A stretch of DNA of 64,000 nucleotides from an uncultured Acetobacteraceae bacterium. Its GTDB lineage: Bacteria > Pseudomonadota > Alphaproteobacteria > Acetobacterales > Acetobacteraceae. Below the pieces are notes generated by a model. The model had not been told where the DNA came from and did not search any database. It saw only the letters and a program-made list of their open reading frames with translations. The DNA lies in NCBI GenBank assembly GCA_964242925.1, contig CAXTBW010000003.1:5126-69125 (forward strand), given 5' to 3'. Position 1 is the stretch's first letter. Each line of letters starts with the position of its first letter. Shown here one piece after another: positions 19,709-29,158 of the stretch. The position numbers were made by a program, and so were the translations under genes.

Positions 19709-22569
19709 GGTTCTTCCTTATCGTGCTGCTTCTGCTGGTGACGTTGCCGGCCTTGGCTGGCGAGCCGGCCGGCGTGCGTTTGGGGAACCACGACGGGTAT
19801 GGGCGGGTCGTGTTCGACTTCCCGGCCCCTGTCAGCTTCACGACGGAGCGCGCCGGCGACAAGTTTGTGGTGCGCTTCGCTGATGGGGGTGAGATCCCAT
19901 CCGTTGCGGGATCGGTGCGCAACGTGTTGGAAGTTACTGGCGGGGCCTCGGTGGCGACGGTCACGGTGGCGCCTGGAGCGCGTGTGCGCGCAGTGCGACT
20001 TGGCGCGCGCGTGGTGCTGGACGTGCTGGACGCGCAGCCTGCGCGGCCGAGAACGGCACGGCTGGTTCCACCACCGCAGGTCTCGCCAGCGCGGCAGGCG
20101 AGCGCTGCACCGGCTGCAGTGGTGGTTGAGGCGCCGCCAACTGCGGCTGTTGCTCCCGCGCCCGCCCCGGTGATTGTCCCCGTGCCGGCTGCTGCGGCGG
20201 CAGAGCGCGTGCACGACCCGGCGGCGATGCCGATCGTGCAACCCGCGCCGCGCATCCCGGTTGCCCGTGAGACGACGCCGGCGATTTCGGCGCCGGCGGC
20301 GGCGCCTGCGCCGCTGGCGCTTGCCGCGTCGCGTTATGCGCCCACGTCGGGTGAGGCGGGCGGCGTGTTGCTGCCGTTCGACCCGACGACGGCTGCTGCG
20401 GCGTTTCGCCACGGGGCCGAAGGTTGGGTGGTGTTCGACGAGCGACGTGCGCTGGACCTGTCCGACGTTCGCGGCGAGCCGGTGCTGGACGGGGCGGTGG
20501 TGCAGTTGCTCGAATCGGCCACGCTGGTTCGGGTGAAGACGCCAGAGGGCCGTGCATTGCGCCTGTCGCGGCAACCTGGCGGATGGCTGTTGGCCATGGC
20601 CGATGCGTCCAGCGCCGCCGTGCCGCTGACGATCGAGTCAAAAGCGCAACGCTTGCTGGCGCCGGTGGCGGGCGCGGGCCGGGTGGTGACGGCGCCGGAC
20701 CCAGAATCGGGCCAGAACCTGCTGGTCGGGACGTTGCGCGATGCTGGCCCCGGCGTTCCCGCCGGCCATCGTGCGCCGGAGTTCGTCATCCGACCCAGTT
20801 GGCGAGGCTTGGTGGTGGAACCACTGTCGGACCGGACGCAGTTGCGCGTCGTGCCCGAGGGGTTCGCCATCGAGACGGGGGACGCGTTGTCTCAGGCGCC
20901 GGACGCAGCGCGCGCGCTGTCCGAGGCGGCGGTGCTGACGCGGCGGTTTGACCTGGCCTCTGAGCCGGCCGGCAGCCTGCTGCGCCGTTTGCAGGTTCAG
21001 GTGGCGGATGAGGCCCGGGCTGCACCCCAGGCCAGGCTGGCGCCCCGCCTGGCTGCTGCGCAGACCATGATCGCGCTTGGCCTGGGCGCGGAGGCGCAGT
21101 CGGTACTGCGTTTGGCGCTTGCCGAGGACCCGCGAGCGGCTGAGGTTCCGGAGTTGACCGGGCTGACGGCGGTGGCGGCCCTGCTGAGCGGGCGACCGGA
21201 CGAAGCCGACGGTTTGCTGGACCCGGCGTTGTCCGGCAGCGACGAGGTGGCGCTGTGGCGCGCAGTGCGCGAGGCCATGCTGCACCGTGCTTCGCCGGAA
21301 GCCGCGCCCGTGTTCGCGGCCACGATCGGCTTGGTGCTGTCCTATCCAGCCGCCATTCGCAGCCGACTGCTGCCGCTTGCGGCAGAGACGATGGCCGAGG
21401 GTGGCGCGACAGAGGCTGCGGATGCGCTGTTGGCCAAGTTGCCGAACGAGCCGGGGCTGGTTTTCGCCCGGGCGACCCGGTTGGCGGCGAAAGGCGACGC
21501 GCCAGGCGCCCTGACGCTGTACGACGCGATGGCGAACGGGCGCGACCGCCTCGCTAGCGCGCGGTCGGGCGCTCGGGCGGCGCTGCTTCGGCTGGATACC
21601 GGCGCGGCCGGGCCGGGAGAGACCGCAAAGGCTTTGGAACGCGGCTTCCTAGCCTGGCGCGGCGACGATCGGGAACGTGATTTGCGGTTGCGCGTGAGTT
21701 CGCTGCGCGCACAGGCCGGCCAGTGGCGCAGCGCCTTCGACATGCTGCGGGAAACCGCGCCGCTGTACCCGGACAGCGCGGCGCTGATCCAGGCGCGCAC
21801 GGCGGCGCTGCTGGCGGATATGTTGCGGGGGCCCGTTGCTGAAACGGCGTCGCCGCTCGAGTGGGTGGCATTGGCGGACGAGAATGCGGAAGCGATCGCG
21901 CGGGCCGACGCTGCAGGGGTGCTGGCCGACAAGTTGACGGCGCTGGACTTGCCGGGCCGGGCCGGGCCGATCATCGAGCGGATGATGGCGGCGGCCCCAG
22001 CCGGCGCCGACCGCGCGCGGCTTGGTGTTCGCTTGGCTGCCATGCGGCTGGGCGAGGGCGTCCCGGACGCGGCTCGCGCGGCGCTAGCGGCGAGCGATGC
22101 GCCGGACCTGCCGGCCGAGCTGACAGAAGCGCGGGGGCTGCTGGATGCTCGCATCCACGTGGCCGTGCATGACGTCGGCGGTGCGGCCGCGATCCTGTCT
22201 CAATTGGGGACGGCGGCTGCCGACGAGCTGCGGGCAGGCGCTCTTGGGGATGCAGGCGATTGGCGCGGATCGGCGGCGGCGATGGTGTCGCTGGTCGGTC
22301 GCAGCGTTCCGGCGGAGGGCGCGCTGACTCCGGCGCAGCAGGATCTCGTGATCCGCCTCGCCTCCGCCCAGGCGCGGGCTGGCGACGAAGCGGCGCTGCA
22401 CGCGCTGGGGGCGCAGCAAGCAGCGCGGATCACCGGGCCGCGGGGAGACATGTTCCGGCTTCTGACTGCGGCGCCGATTAGCGGTGTTGGCGACCTGAAG
22501 CGCTCCGCGGGCGAAGTGGCCCTCGCGAGGGCTCTCCCATCGGGTTTGACGGCGTTCGGTTCGCGATAA
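19705..22569 (+). CDS. Large exported protein with beta-rich N-terminus, Pro/Ala linker and TPR-like helical C-terminus
   Basis: Signal peptide MRFFLIVLLLL, GNHDGYGRVVFDF, long helical repeats; coupled to cheZ-like gene. Confidence 0.7.
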   Translation: MRFFLIVLLLLVTLPALAGEPAGVRLGNHDGYGRVVFDFPAPVSFTTERAGDKFVVRFADGGEIPSVAGSVRNVLEVTGGASVATVTVAPGARVRAVRLGARVVLDVLDAQPARPRTARLVPPPQVSPARQASAAPAAVVVEAPPTAAVAPAPAPVIVPVPAAAAAERVHDPAAMPIVQPAPRIPVARETTPAISAPAAAPAPLALAASRYAPTSGEAGGVLLPFDPTTAAAAFRHGAEGWVVFDERRALDLSDVRGEPVLDGAVVQLLESATLVRVKTPEGRALRLSRQPGGWLLAMADASSAAVPLTIESKAQRLLAPVAGAGRVVTAPDPESGQNLLVGTLRDAGPGVPAGHRAPEFVIRPSWRGLVVEPLSDRTQLRVVPEGFAIETGDALSQAPDAARALSEAAVLTRRFDLASEPAGSLLRRLQVQVADEARAAPQARLAPRLAAAQTMIALGLGAEAQSVLRLALAEDPRAAEVPELTGLTAVAALLSGRPDEADGLLDPALSGSDEVALWRAVREAMLHRASPEAAPVFAATIGLVLSYPAAIRSRLLPLAAETMAEGGATEAADALLAKLPNEPGLVFARATRLAAKGDAPGALTLYDAMANGRDRLASARSGARAALLRLDTGAAGPGETAKALERGFLAWRGDDRERDLRLRVSSLRAQAGQWRSAFDMLRETAPLYPDSAALIQARTAALLADMLRGPVAETASPLEWVALADENAEAIARADAAGVLADKLTALDLPGRAGPIIERMMAAAPAGADRARLGVRLAAMRLGEGVPDAARAALAASDAPDLPAELTEARGLLDARIHVAVHDVGGAAAILSQLGTAAADELRAGALGDAGDWRGSAAAMVSLVGRSVPAEGALTPAQQDLVIRLASAQARAGDEAALHALGAQQAARITGPRGDMFRLLTAAPISGVGDLKRSAGEVALARALPSGLTAFGSR

Positions 22570-22708
22570 TGCGGTTGAGCACTCCTGGAACATGCCAGAT
22601 AGCGCCGAAAGGCACTTGCGTCCCCCCTCTGCTGGCCGTATCTCCCACCGCCTTGGCCCAAGAGGACGTATACGTCCAACAGGCTATCTGCTGGTTTGGG
22701 GGTACGTG

Positions 22709-23173
22709 ATGAACGCACTTGCTCAACTGGGGATGGTCTCGGAACTTCCGAGCGAGAACCAGACGACAATCGCCACTCTGCCACTGTACGTGACAGAGGA
22801 ACGGAAGGACTACTTCGTCGAGAAGGACGGCATGAAGTTCGCCGGCATTCATCTTCTCGCCGATTTGTGGGACGCGGAAAACCTCTCCGACCCGGTTCAT
22901 ATCGACACGGCCTTGCGGGCCGCGGCGGTGCAGGCCGGGGCGACGATCCTGCACAGCCATTTCCACCACTTCTCGCCAAATGGCGGAGTGTCGGGCGTGG
23001 TTGTGTTGGCCGAGAGTCACATCTCGATCCATACATGGCCAGAGCGCCAGTTCGCCGCCGTGGACATCTTCATGTGCGGCGATTGCAACCCGCATGACGC
23101 TATTCCTGTGCTGCAGCGGGCGTTTTTGCCGGGCCGCGTGGATCTCGACGAGCAACGGCGCGGGCAGTTCTAG
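22709..23173 (+). CDS. speD: S-adenosylmethionine decarboxylase proenzyme
   Basis: GVSGVVVLAESHISIHTWPE self-cleavage motif, DIFMCG. Confidence 0.95.
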   Translation: MNALAQLGMVSELPSENQTTIATLPLYVTEERKDYFVEKDGMKFAGIHLLADLWDAENLSDPVHIDTALRAAAVQAGATILHSHFHHFSPNGGVSGVVVLAESHISIHTWPERQFAAVDIFMCGDCNPHDAIPVLQRAFLPGRVDLDEQRRGQF

Positions 23174-23192
23174 CCGGCCCTCTGCCGCGCCG

Positions 23193-24047
23193 ATGACCTG
23201 GATGGACGAGACGCTGTACCCGGATTGGGCGCAGCGTTTCCGCGTCGTGCGTGAACTCGCGCGGGAACGCTCGCCGTTTCAGGACATCGTCGTGGTGGAG
23301 ACGGTTTCACACGGCCGCGTTCTGCTGCTCGACGGCGTGGTGCAGATAACCGAGGCGGACGAATTCGTCTACCAGGAGATGATCGCGCATGTGCCGCTGC
23401 TCCAACATGGAGCGGCGCGCCGCGTGCTGATCGTCGGAGCGGGCGACGGTGGAGTGCTGCGGCGGGTGCTGCAGCACTCCACCGTCCAGCGGGCGACCAT
23501 GGTCGAGATCGACGGCGCCGTGATCAGGCTCGCTCGCGAGCACCTGCCAGGGATCGGCGGCCCGGCGTGGGAAGATCCAAGGGCCGAGATCGTCGTAGGC
23601 GACGGCATCGCGCATGTCGCCGCAGCGGCGGATGCATCGGTCGAAATCGTCATTGTGGACAGCACCGACCCGACAGGACCGGGCGAGGCGCTGTTCACTG
23701 AGGCGTTCTACCGAAATTGCGCCAGAGTGCTGACGCCAGGCGGATTGCTGGTCAATCAGTGTGGCGTGCCGTTCATGCAGGTGGAGGAGTTGCGGGAGAC
23801 GAGCGCGCTACGGGCAAAGGTCTTCGGCCACGTCACTGCCTTTGTCGCCGCGGCTCCCACTTATGTTGGCGGCTTCATGGCGCTGGGGCTGGCGTCGGAC
23901 CGGCCAATCGTTCCAGCGCCGGCGACGGTCGCGGGCGGACGCGCGGCGGCTGCGGGCGTTCTAGGCACGACGCGTTACTGGTCGCCAGACATCCACGCGG
24001 CGTCGTTTGCACTACCGCCGTACATTCTGCAGGCGCTGACAAATTAG
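23193..24047 (+). CDS. speE: Polyamine aminopropyltransferase (spermidine synthase)
   Basis: LDGVVQITEADEFVYQEM, VLIVGAGDGG, IIVDSTDP-type motif (VIVDSTDP). Confidence 0.95.
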   Translation: MTWMDETLYPDWAQRFRVVRELARERSPFQDIVVVETVSHGRVLLLDGVVQITEADEFVYQEMIAHVPLLQHGAARRVLIVGAGDGGVLRRVLQHSTVQRATMVEIDGAVIRLAREHLPGIGGPAWEDPRAEIVVGDGIAHVAAAADASVEIVIVDSTDPTGPGEALFTEAFYRNCARVLTPGGLLVNQCGVPFMQVEELRETSALRAKVFGHVTAFVAAAPTYVGGFMALGLASDRPIVPAPATVAGGRAAAAGVLGTTRYWSPDIHAASFALPPYILQALTN

Positions 24048-24212
24048 GGTTGTAGTGGGGGAGCGTGGGGCCTATCTCCCGCTCCCGATTAACAGCCAGT
24101 TCGGCCGCCGCACGCTTCACCGGTTCCCATCGCGGTTCGCACCCTGTTCGGGTTGCGCGGCCTGGAGGAAAGCCTCCGTCGGAACGCGGGTCGCTGGGCG
24201 GCGGCCGTTCGT

Positions 24213-24503
24213 TTACATCCGGCCGTTCTCGTCGCGCTCCGGGTGACGCTCCCGGGAAGTGTTCGTCGGCTTCGTGCTGGGACTGGATCCGTCTAGGCTG
24301 GACACCTTATCCACATCGGTCCCGCTCTCAACGGACTCGGCATGACTGTCGCGGTCGACCTTCTCGACATTCTGCGCCCCTGCGCGGGTTCCGCCCGTGA
24401 TGTCGGCGCCCTTGGCATCCGGCGCCCCGGGCTGCTTGTGGTTGCCGGTGTTCTGTTGTCCGTCCGTATGCTGGATCGTCTCTTCGGTGTGCGGCTGCTT
24501 CAT
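24213..24503 (-). CDS. Small hydrophilic (hydrophilin-like) hypothetical protein
   Basis: 96 aa, very polar, ends RHPERDENGRM; GGAG RBS upstream. Confidence 0.6.
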   Translation of the reverse strand: MKQPHTEETIQHTDGQQNTGNHKQPGAPDAKGADITGGTRAGAQNVEKVDRDSHAESVESGTDVDKVSSLDGSSPSTKPTNTSRERHPERDENGRM

Positions 24504-24569
24504 GGGCCAAGCTCCGTTGGTTCGCGGCCACAACGCATGCCGGGCGGCGCTGGTTTGCAGCGGCAGGAG

Positions 24570-25301
24570 CTACAGGCCGAGCGCGAAGCCGCCCACCAGG
24601 CTGCCTGCCACCAGGCGCCACCCGTCCACCAGGACGAAGAAGATCAGCTTGAACGGCAGGCTGATGCTGGTTGGCGGCAACATCATCATGCCCAGGCTCA
24701 TCAGCACGCTGCCGACGACCAGGTCAATCACCAGGAACGGCAGGAACAGCAGAAAGCCCATTTCGAATGCGCGGCGCAATTCCCCGATCAGGAAGGCGGG
24801 CACCAGGGCGCGCCAGCTCGCGGCATCCGGCGCAGCGGCCGCGGGCAGGTGGGCGAGGTCCTGGAACAACTGCAAGTCGGCGCCCCGGACGTTCGCGGCC
24901 ATGAAGTGGTGGAATGGCTCCGCAGCCAGGCGCAGGCCTTCCAGCTCGCCCACGCGTCCCTCGGTCATCGGCAGCAGCCCGGCGGCGTAGGCCTGCTCGA
25001 AAACCGGCGCCATGACAAAGGCGGTAAGGAACAACGCCAGGCCGATCAGCACGGTGTTTGGCGGGACGCCCTGCGCGCCGATGGCGGAGCGCAGCAGGGA
25101 CAGGACGATAACAATGCGGGTGAACCCGGTCATCATCACAAGCAGGCTAGGCGCGACCGAGAGGACGGTGACCAGCGCGGTTAGTTGCACCAGGCGCCCA
25201 GTTGCGCCCGCCTGGCCGGCGGCGCCGAGGTCGATGTTGACCGACTGCGCCATCGCCGCGGCCGGCAGCAGCAGCAGCAGCGCGACGAGCAGCCATTTCA
25301 T
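24570..25301 (-). CDS. fliP: Flagellar export gate protein FliP
   Basis: MMTGFTRIVIVLSLLR, PPNTVL, MGFLLFLPFLVIDLVV, LPFKLIFFVLVDGW. Confidence 0.96.
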   Translation of the reverse strand: MKWLLVALLLLLPAAAMAQSVNIDLGAAGQAGATGRLVQLTALVTVLSVAPSLLVMMTGFTRIVIVLSLLRSAIGAQGVPPNTVLIGLALFLTAFVMAPVFEQAYAAGLLPMTEGRVGELEGLRLAAEPFHHFMAANVRGADLQLFQDLAHLPAAAAPDAASWRALVPAFLIGELRRAFEMGFLLFLPFLVIDLVVGSVLMSLGMMMLPPTSISLPFKLIFFVLVDGWRLVAGSLVGGFALGL

Positions 25302-25555
25302 GCTGAAGGCTCCGGCAGCCAGCCGACCACGCAATCCTGCGGACCGGTGAGCAGCAGGACGCGCCGCCCGTCGCAGCGCACCAGCAGCAGGCGCCGTCTC
25401 GGGTCCAGCGTGATCTGCTCCTCGACGCGCAGCTGGCCGGTGGCGCCGCGCGGCCGGGCGAAGCGAGTGAGGCGGGCGAGGCGGCCGGCGAGAACCACTA
25501 GCAGGAGAACCGCAGCGAGCGCTCCGGCAGCGGTGAGCAGGGATGTGGTGGTCAT
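25298..25555 (-). CDS. fliO: Flagellar protein FliO
   Basis: TM helix plus LDPRRRLLLVRCDGRRVLLL; upstream of fliP. Confidence 0.8.
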   Translation of the reverse strand: MTTTSLLTAAGALAAVLLLVVLAGRLARLTRFARPRGATGQLRVEEQITLDPRRRLLLVRCDGRRVLLLTGPQDCVVGWLPEPSA

Positions 25556-25604
25556 AGCGTCCTTCCGGCATTTTGCCTTTGGTCGTCTCAGCCGTTGTTG
25601 GCTC

Positions 25605-25900
25605 TCAGGCGGCTTCCGTTTGGGTGCGCAGCGCCTTGGTCAGTTCGTCCACTTCGGCGAGCAAGGTGATGAGATGCGGGCGGGAGGCGCGGCCGGAGAT
25701 TGGCGGCAGGTCGAGCGATTTGGCGCAGAGCAGGCCGATGCCGTGGTCAAGGCCGGCCATCTCGACCGTGCGGCCGTTCTCCACTAGCAGGCGGGCGATC
25801 AGCATGGTGCGCATGAGGCCGTCCGCCATGGCGACGACGGTGTCGAGCGCAGTCGCATCTAGTTCGGCGGCGTCGGAGATGAACAGGCCGGTCTGGGTCA
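25605..25900 (-). CDS. Hypothetical protein
   Basis: About 98-aa ORF between fliO and flgB; GRTVEMAGLDHGIGLLCAKSLDLPP; start uncertain. Confidence 0.5.
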
Positions 25901-25984
25901 TGCGGCATGCTGACATGGCGAGGTTACCAAACCGTTGCCGGCGCCGTTAACGTCTTTGCAACCATCACCCGGCAGTATGTGCCC

Positions 25985-26368
25985 ATGGGTGCAAATGACG
26001 GCATGGGTATGTTCGACCTTGCGGCTCGGCGGCTTGCCTGGATCGACAGGCGGCAGGGCGTGCTCGCGCAGAACATCGCCAACGCGAACACGCCGGGCTA
26101 CGTGGCGAAGGATCTGCAGCCCTTCGCGCAGAGCCTGGCGCGCGCGCTGCCGGCGCTTGCCGTCACGAGTCCGCTGCACCTCACGGGCGCCGCAGGATCA
26201 GTCGGCATCGACCCGGCGCAACGCCCGGCGGAGCGCGCGCCGGATGGGAACGCGGTTTCAGTGGAGGCGCAGTTGGTCAAGGTGGCGGACACGGACAGCG
26301 CACAGGCGCTCACGATGAACCTGTTTCACAAGTATCTCGGACTGTACCGCATCGCACTCGGCAAATAG
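25985..26368 (+). CDS. flgB: Flagellar rod protein FlgB
   Basis: RQGVLAQNIANANTPGY, PDGNAVSVE. Confidence 0.93.
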   Translation: MGANDGMGMFDLAARRLAWIDRRQGVLAQNIANANTPGYVAKDLQPFAQSLARALPALAVTSPLHLTGAAGSVGIDPAQRPAERAPDGNAVSVEAQLVKVADTDSAQALTMNLFHKYLGLYRIALGK

Positions 26369-26377
26369 GAACTAGCC

Positions 26378-26785
26378 ATGGACCTCTCGAAGGCGCTCAG
26401 CATTTCCGCCCGCGGGATGGACGCGCAGACCACCCGGTTGCGCGTCATCGCGGAGAACCTGGCCAACCAGGACACCACGGGCGACACGCCGGGGGCGGAT
26501 CCGTACCGGCGCAAGACGGTGACGTTCGAGGACCGGATGGATGCGACGTCCGGCGTGGATGCAGTGCGGGTGAAGCAGGTTGGCACGGACAAGAGCGCGT
26601 TCGGCAGGCGGTACGACCCGTCCCACCCCGCGGCTGACGCGCAGGGCTACGTTCATACGCCGAATGTGAACAGCTTCGTCGAGGTGATGGACATGCGCGA
26701 GGCGCAGCGCTCATACAGCGCGAACCTGAACGTTATGACGGTGACGCGCTCGATGCTGAGCCGCGCGATCGAGCTGCTGAAGTGA
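26378..26785 (+). CDS. flgC: Flagellar rod protein FlgC
   Basis: IAENLAN, PYRRK, YDPSHPAAD, PNVN, QRSYSAN. Confidence 0.96.
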   Translation: MDLSKALSISARGMDAQTTRLRVIAENLANQDTTGDTPGADPYRRKTVTFEDRMDATSGVDAVRVKQVGTDKSAFGRRYDPSHPAADAQGYVHTPNVNSFVEVMDMREAQRSYSANLNVMTVTRSMLSRAIELLK

Positions 26786-27075
26786 CGGTCGCGCCCATCT
26801 CCGCCGCGACTGCGGCGAGCGCCTACGCGCGTGTGGATGCCGGTCGGCCGGCCAGCCTAGAAGGCTTCGGCAGCGCGCTGACCGAGGCGTTGCAGGGCGT
26901 GGTGGACACCGGGCACGCGGCGGACAAGCAGGCGGCGGCGGGCATCGCTGGGACGGGCAACCTGACGGACGTGGTGACGGCGGTGAGCCGGGCTGAGCTG
27001 GCGCTGCAAAGCACGATGGCCATCCGCGACCGGGTGGTGGCGGCGTACCAGGACATCATGAAAATGCCGATCTGA
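26782..27075 (+). CDS. fliE: Hook-basal body protein FliE
   Basis: AELALQ...IRDRVVAAYQDIMKMPI. Confidence 0.93.
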   Translation: MTVAPISAATAASAYARVDAGRPASLEGFGSALTEALQGVVDTGHAADKQAAAGIAGTGNLTDVVTAVSRAELALQSTMAIRDRVVAAYQDIMKMPI

Positions 27076-27347
27076 TGGATGCCGGCGAGGTTGGCGGGCT
27101 GTTGCACGAGATGATGCTGGTGACGCTGAAACTTGGCGGCCCGGTGCTGCTGACGGCGCTGGCGGTTGGCGTGGTGATGTCGCTGGTGCAGGCGATCACG
27201 CAGGTGAACGAGGCGACGCTGGCGTTCGTGCCGAAAGCGGCGGCAATCGTCGGTGTGCTGGCGTTGGCTAGCCCGTTCATGCTGGCCACACTGAGCGACT
27301 ACACGCAGCTGCTGTTCGACCGGATTGTCGCCATCGGCGGGCAGTGA
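27075..27347 (+). CDS. fliQ: Flagellar export protein FliQ
   Basis: QAITQVNEATLAFVPK. Confidence 0.93.
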   Translation: MDAGEVGGLLHEMMLVTLKLGGPVLLTALAVGVVMSLVQAITQVNEATLAFVPKAAAIVGVLALASPFMLATLSDYTQLLFDRIVAIGGQ

Positions 27348-28096
27348 TGGACCTCGCGGAGCTGCCGGCGTGGGCCTACGCCTTCGCGCTGGTGCTTTGC
27401 CGATGCGGCGCGGCGGTGACGCTGTTGCCAGGGTTGGGAGAGGCCGAGCCGCCGCCGATGCTGCGGGTCGGGCTGTCGCTGGCGCTGGTGGCGTTGGTTC
27501 TGCCCGGCGTGGGGGCGTTGACGCCGCCGGACGGTTGGGCGGCGGCAAGTGCGGTGGCGGCGGAGCTGGCGTGCGGCGGTTTGCTTGGGTGGCTGGCGCG
27601 ATGCGTCGCGCTCGCGCTGCCAATGGCAGGCCAAGTGATCTCGTTCATGCTCGGGCTGTCGAGCGTCATCGTGCCAGATCCGGAGTTGGGCCAGGCGAGC
27701 GGGCTGATGAAACTCTTCTCGTTGGCGACGCCCTTGCTGGTGCTGGGGACGGGGCTGTGGACGCTGCCGGTGGCGGCGTTGGCGGGCAGCTATGCGCTGG
27801 CGCCGCCGGGTCACTTCCTGCTGGTGGCGGATGGGGCGGAGGCGGCGGTGCGCGCGGTCGCGGCGGCGTTTGGGCTTGCGCTGCGGCTGGCGGCGCCGTT
27901 TGTGTTGGCCAGCGTGGTCTGGCAGGCGGCGCTCGGGATATTGGCGCGGCTGATCCCGCAGATGCAGGTGTATTTCGTGGCGATGCCTGGCCAAATCCTG
28001 GGTGGGTTGGCGCTGCTCGGTCTGCTGGCGGCCGGGGTGGCGGATGCCTGGCTGTCGACGGCGCGGGATGCATTCGCCGCTTTGCCGGGTTTGTAG
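27344..28096 (+). CDS. fliR: Flagellar export protein FliR
   Basis: Hydrophobic; AGQVISFMLGL, ARLIPQMQVYFVAMP. Confidence 0.92.
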   Translation: MMDLAELPAWAYAFALVLCRCGAAVTLLPGLGEAEPPPMLRVGLSLALVALVLPGVGALTPPDGWAAASAVAAELACGGLLGWLARCVALALPMAGQVISFMLGLSSVIVPDPELGQASGLMKLFSLATPLLVLGTGLWTLPVAALAGSYALAPPGHFLLVADGAEAAVRAVAAAFGLALRLAAPFVLASVVWQAALGILARLIPQMQVYFVAMPGQILGGLALLGLLAAGVADAWLSTARDAFAALPGL

Positions 28097-28099
28097 GCA

Positions 28100-29158
28100 G
28101 TGGCGGACCGCGGCGACCGGACGGAGGCCGCAACCCCGCGTCGGATGGAGCGGGCGCGCGGGGAGGGCAGCGTCGCCATCTCCCGAGAAGTTCCGGCGCT
28201 GGCGGGGCTGAGCGCCGCATCGCTGGCGTTGATGATGGCCGGGCCTTGGATGGGGCGGTCGGTCATGTCGCGTCTGGCCCCGATGCTTGCGTTGAACGGT
28301 TCCCAGGATTTGACGGGCGCGGTGTGGGCTGCGTTGCAGTGCACGGCGTTGCTGGCGGCGCCCGTGCTGTTTGGCGTCATGGCGGCGTCGATCACCGGGT
28401 CGCTGTTGCAGAGCGGGTTCGTTGCCAAGCCAACGGCGATAATGCCGGATTTGGCGCGGCTGAGCCCGATGCGGGGGTTCAAACGCATCTTCGGCCTGAG
28501 TGGTCTGGTCGAAACCGGTAAGTCGCTGGTGAAGTTGGGTGTGCTTGGGTTCGCGGTCTACCACGTGGTGAAGGCCGGCGTGCCCGCCCTCCAAGGGTCG
28601 GCGTTCTGGCAGCCGGGTGAATTGGTGGACCGGATGGTGCGCGAGGTCCTGCAGCTCGCGATGACTCTGCTGGGCGTGCAGGCGGTGATTGCCGGCGCTG
28701 ACGTATGGTGGGTCCGTCATCGCCACGCGAGCGAGTTGCGGATGACTCGGGAGGAGGTGAAGCAGGACGCCAAGGAGGCGGACGGCAATCCTCAGATCAA
28801 GCAACGTCTCCGGTCGCTGCGGATGGCGCGGGCGCGCAAGCGCATGATGGCGGCAGTGCCGACGGCGACGGTGGTGGTGACGAACCCGACCCATTACGCT
28901 ATCGCGTTGGCCTATGACCGGGCGAAGGGCGGTGCGCCGCGCGTGGTCGCGAAGGGGGTGGACGAGGTGGCAGCCCGCATTCGCGAAATGGCGCGCGAGA
29001 ACCGGGTGCCGCTGGTGGCCAACCCTCCCTTGGCGCGAGCGCTGTTCACGGTCGAGCTGGATGCCGAGGTGCCGGCAGAGCACTTCAAGGTCGTGGCGGA
29101 GATCATTGCCTATGTCTGGCGGCTGAACCGCCAGGCGGGTCAGGCCTTGGGCCGGTGA
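28100..29158 (+). CDS. flhB: Flagellar export switch FlhB
   Basis: TEAATPRR, MTREEVKQD, NPTH autocleavage motif, NPPLARAL. Confidence 0.96.
   Translation: MADRGDRTEAATPRRMERARGEGSVAISREVPALAGLSAASLALMMAGPWMGRSVMSRLAPMLALNGSQDLTGAVWAALQCTALLAAPVLFGVMAASITGSLLQSGFVAKPTAIMPDLARLSPMRGFKRIFGLSGLVETGKSLVKLGVLGFAVYHVVKAGVPALQGSAFWQPGELVDRMVREVLQLAMTLLGVQAVIAGADVWWVRHRHASELRMTREEVKQDAKEADGNPQIKQRLRSLRMARARKRMMAAVPTATVVVTNPTHYAIALAYDRAKGGAPRVVAKGVDEVAARIREMARENRVPLVANPPLARALFTVELDAEVPAEHFKVVAEIIAYVWRLNRQAGQALGR

Noticed and set aside
23875-24210. Small ORFs or an ncRNA between speE and the hydrophilic gene
   Set aside because: No recognisable motif, RBS or RNA family signature
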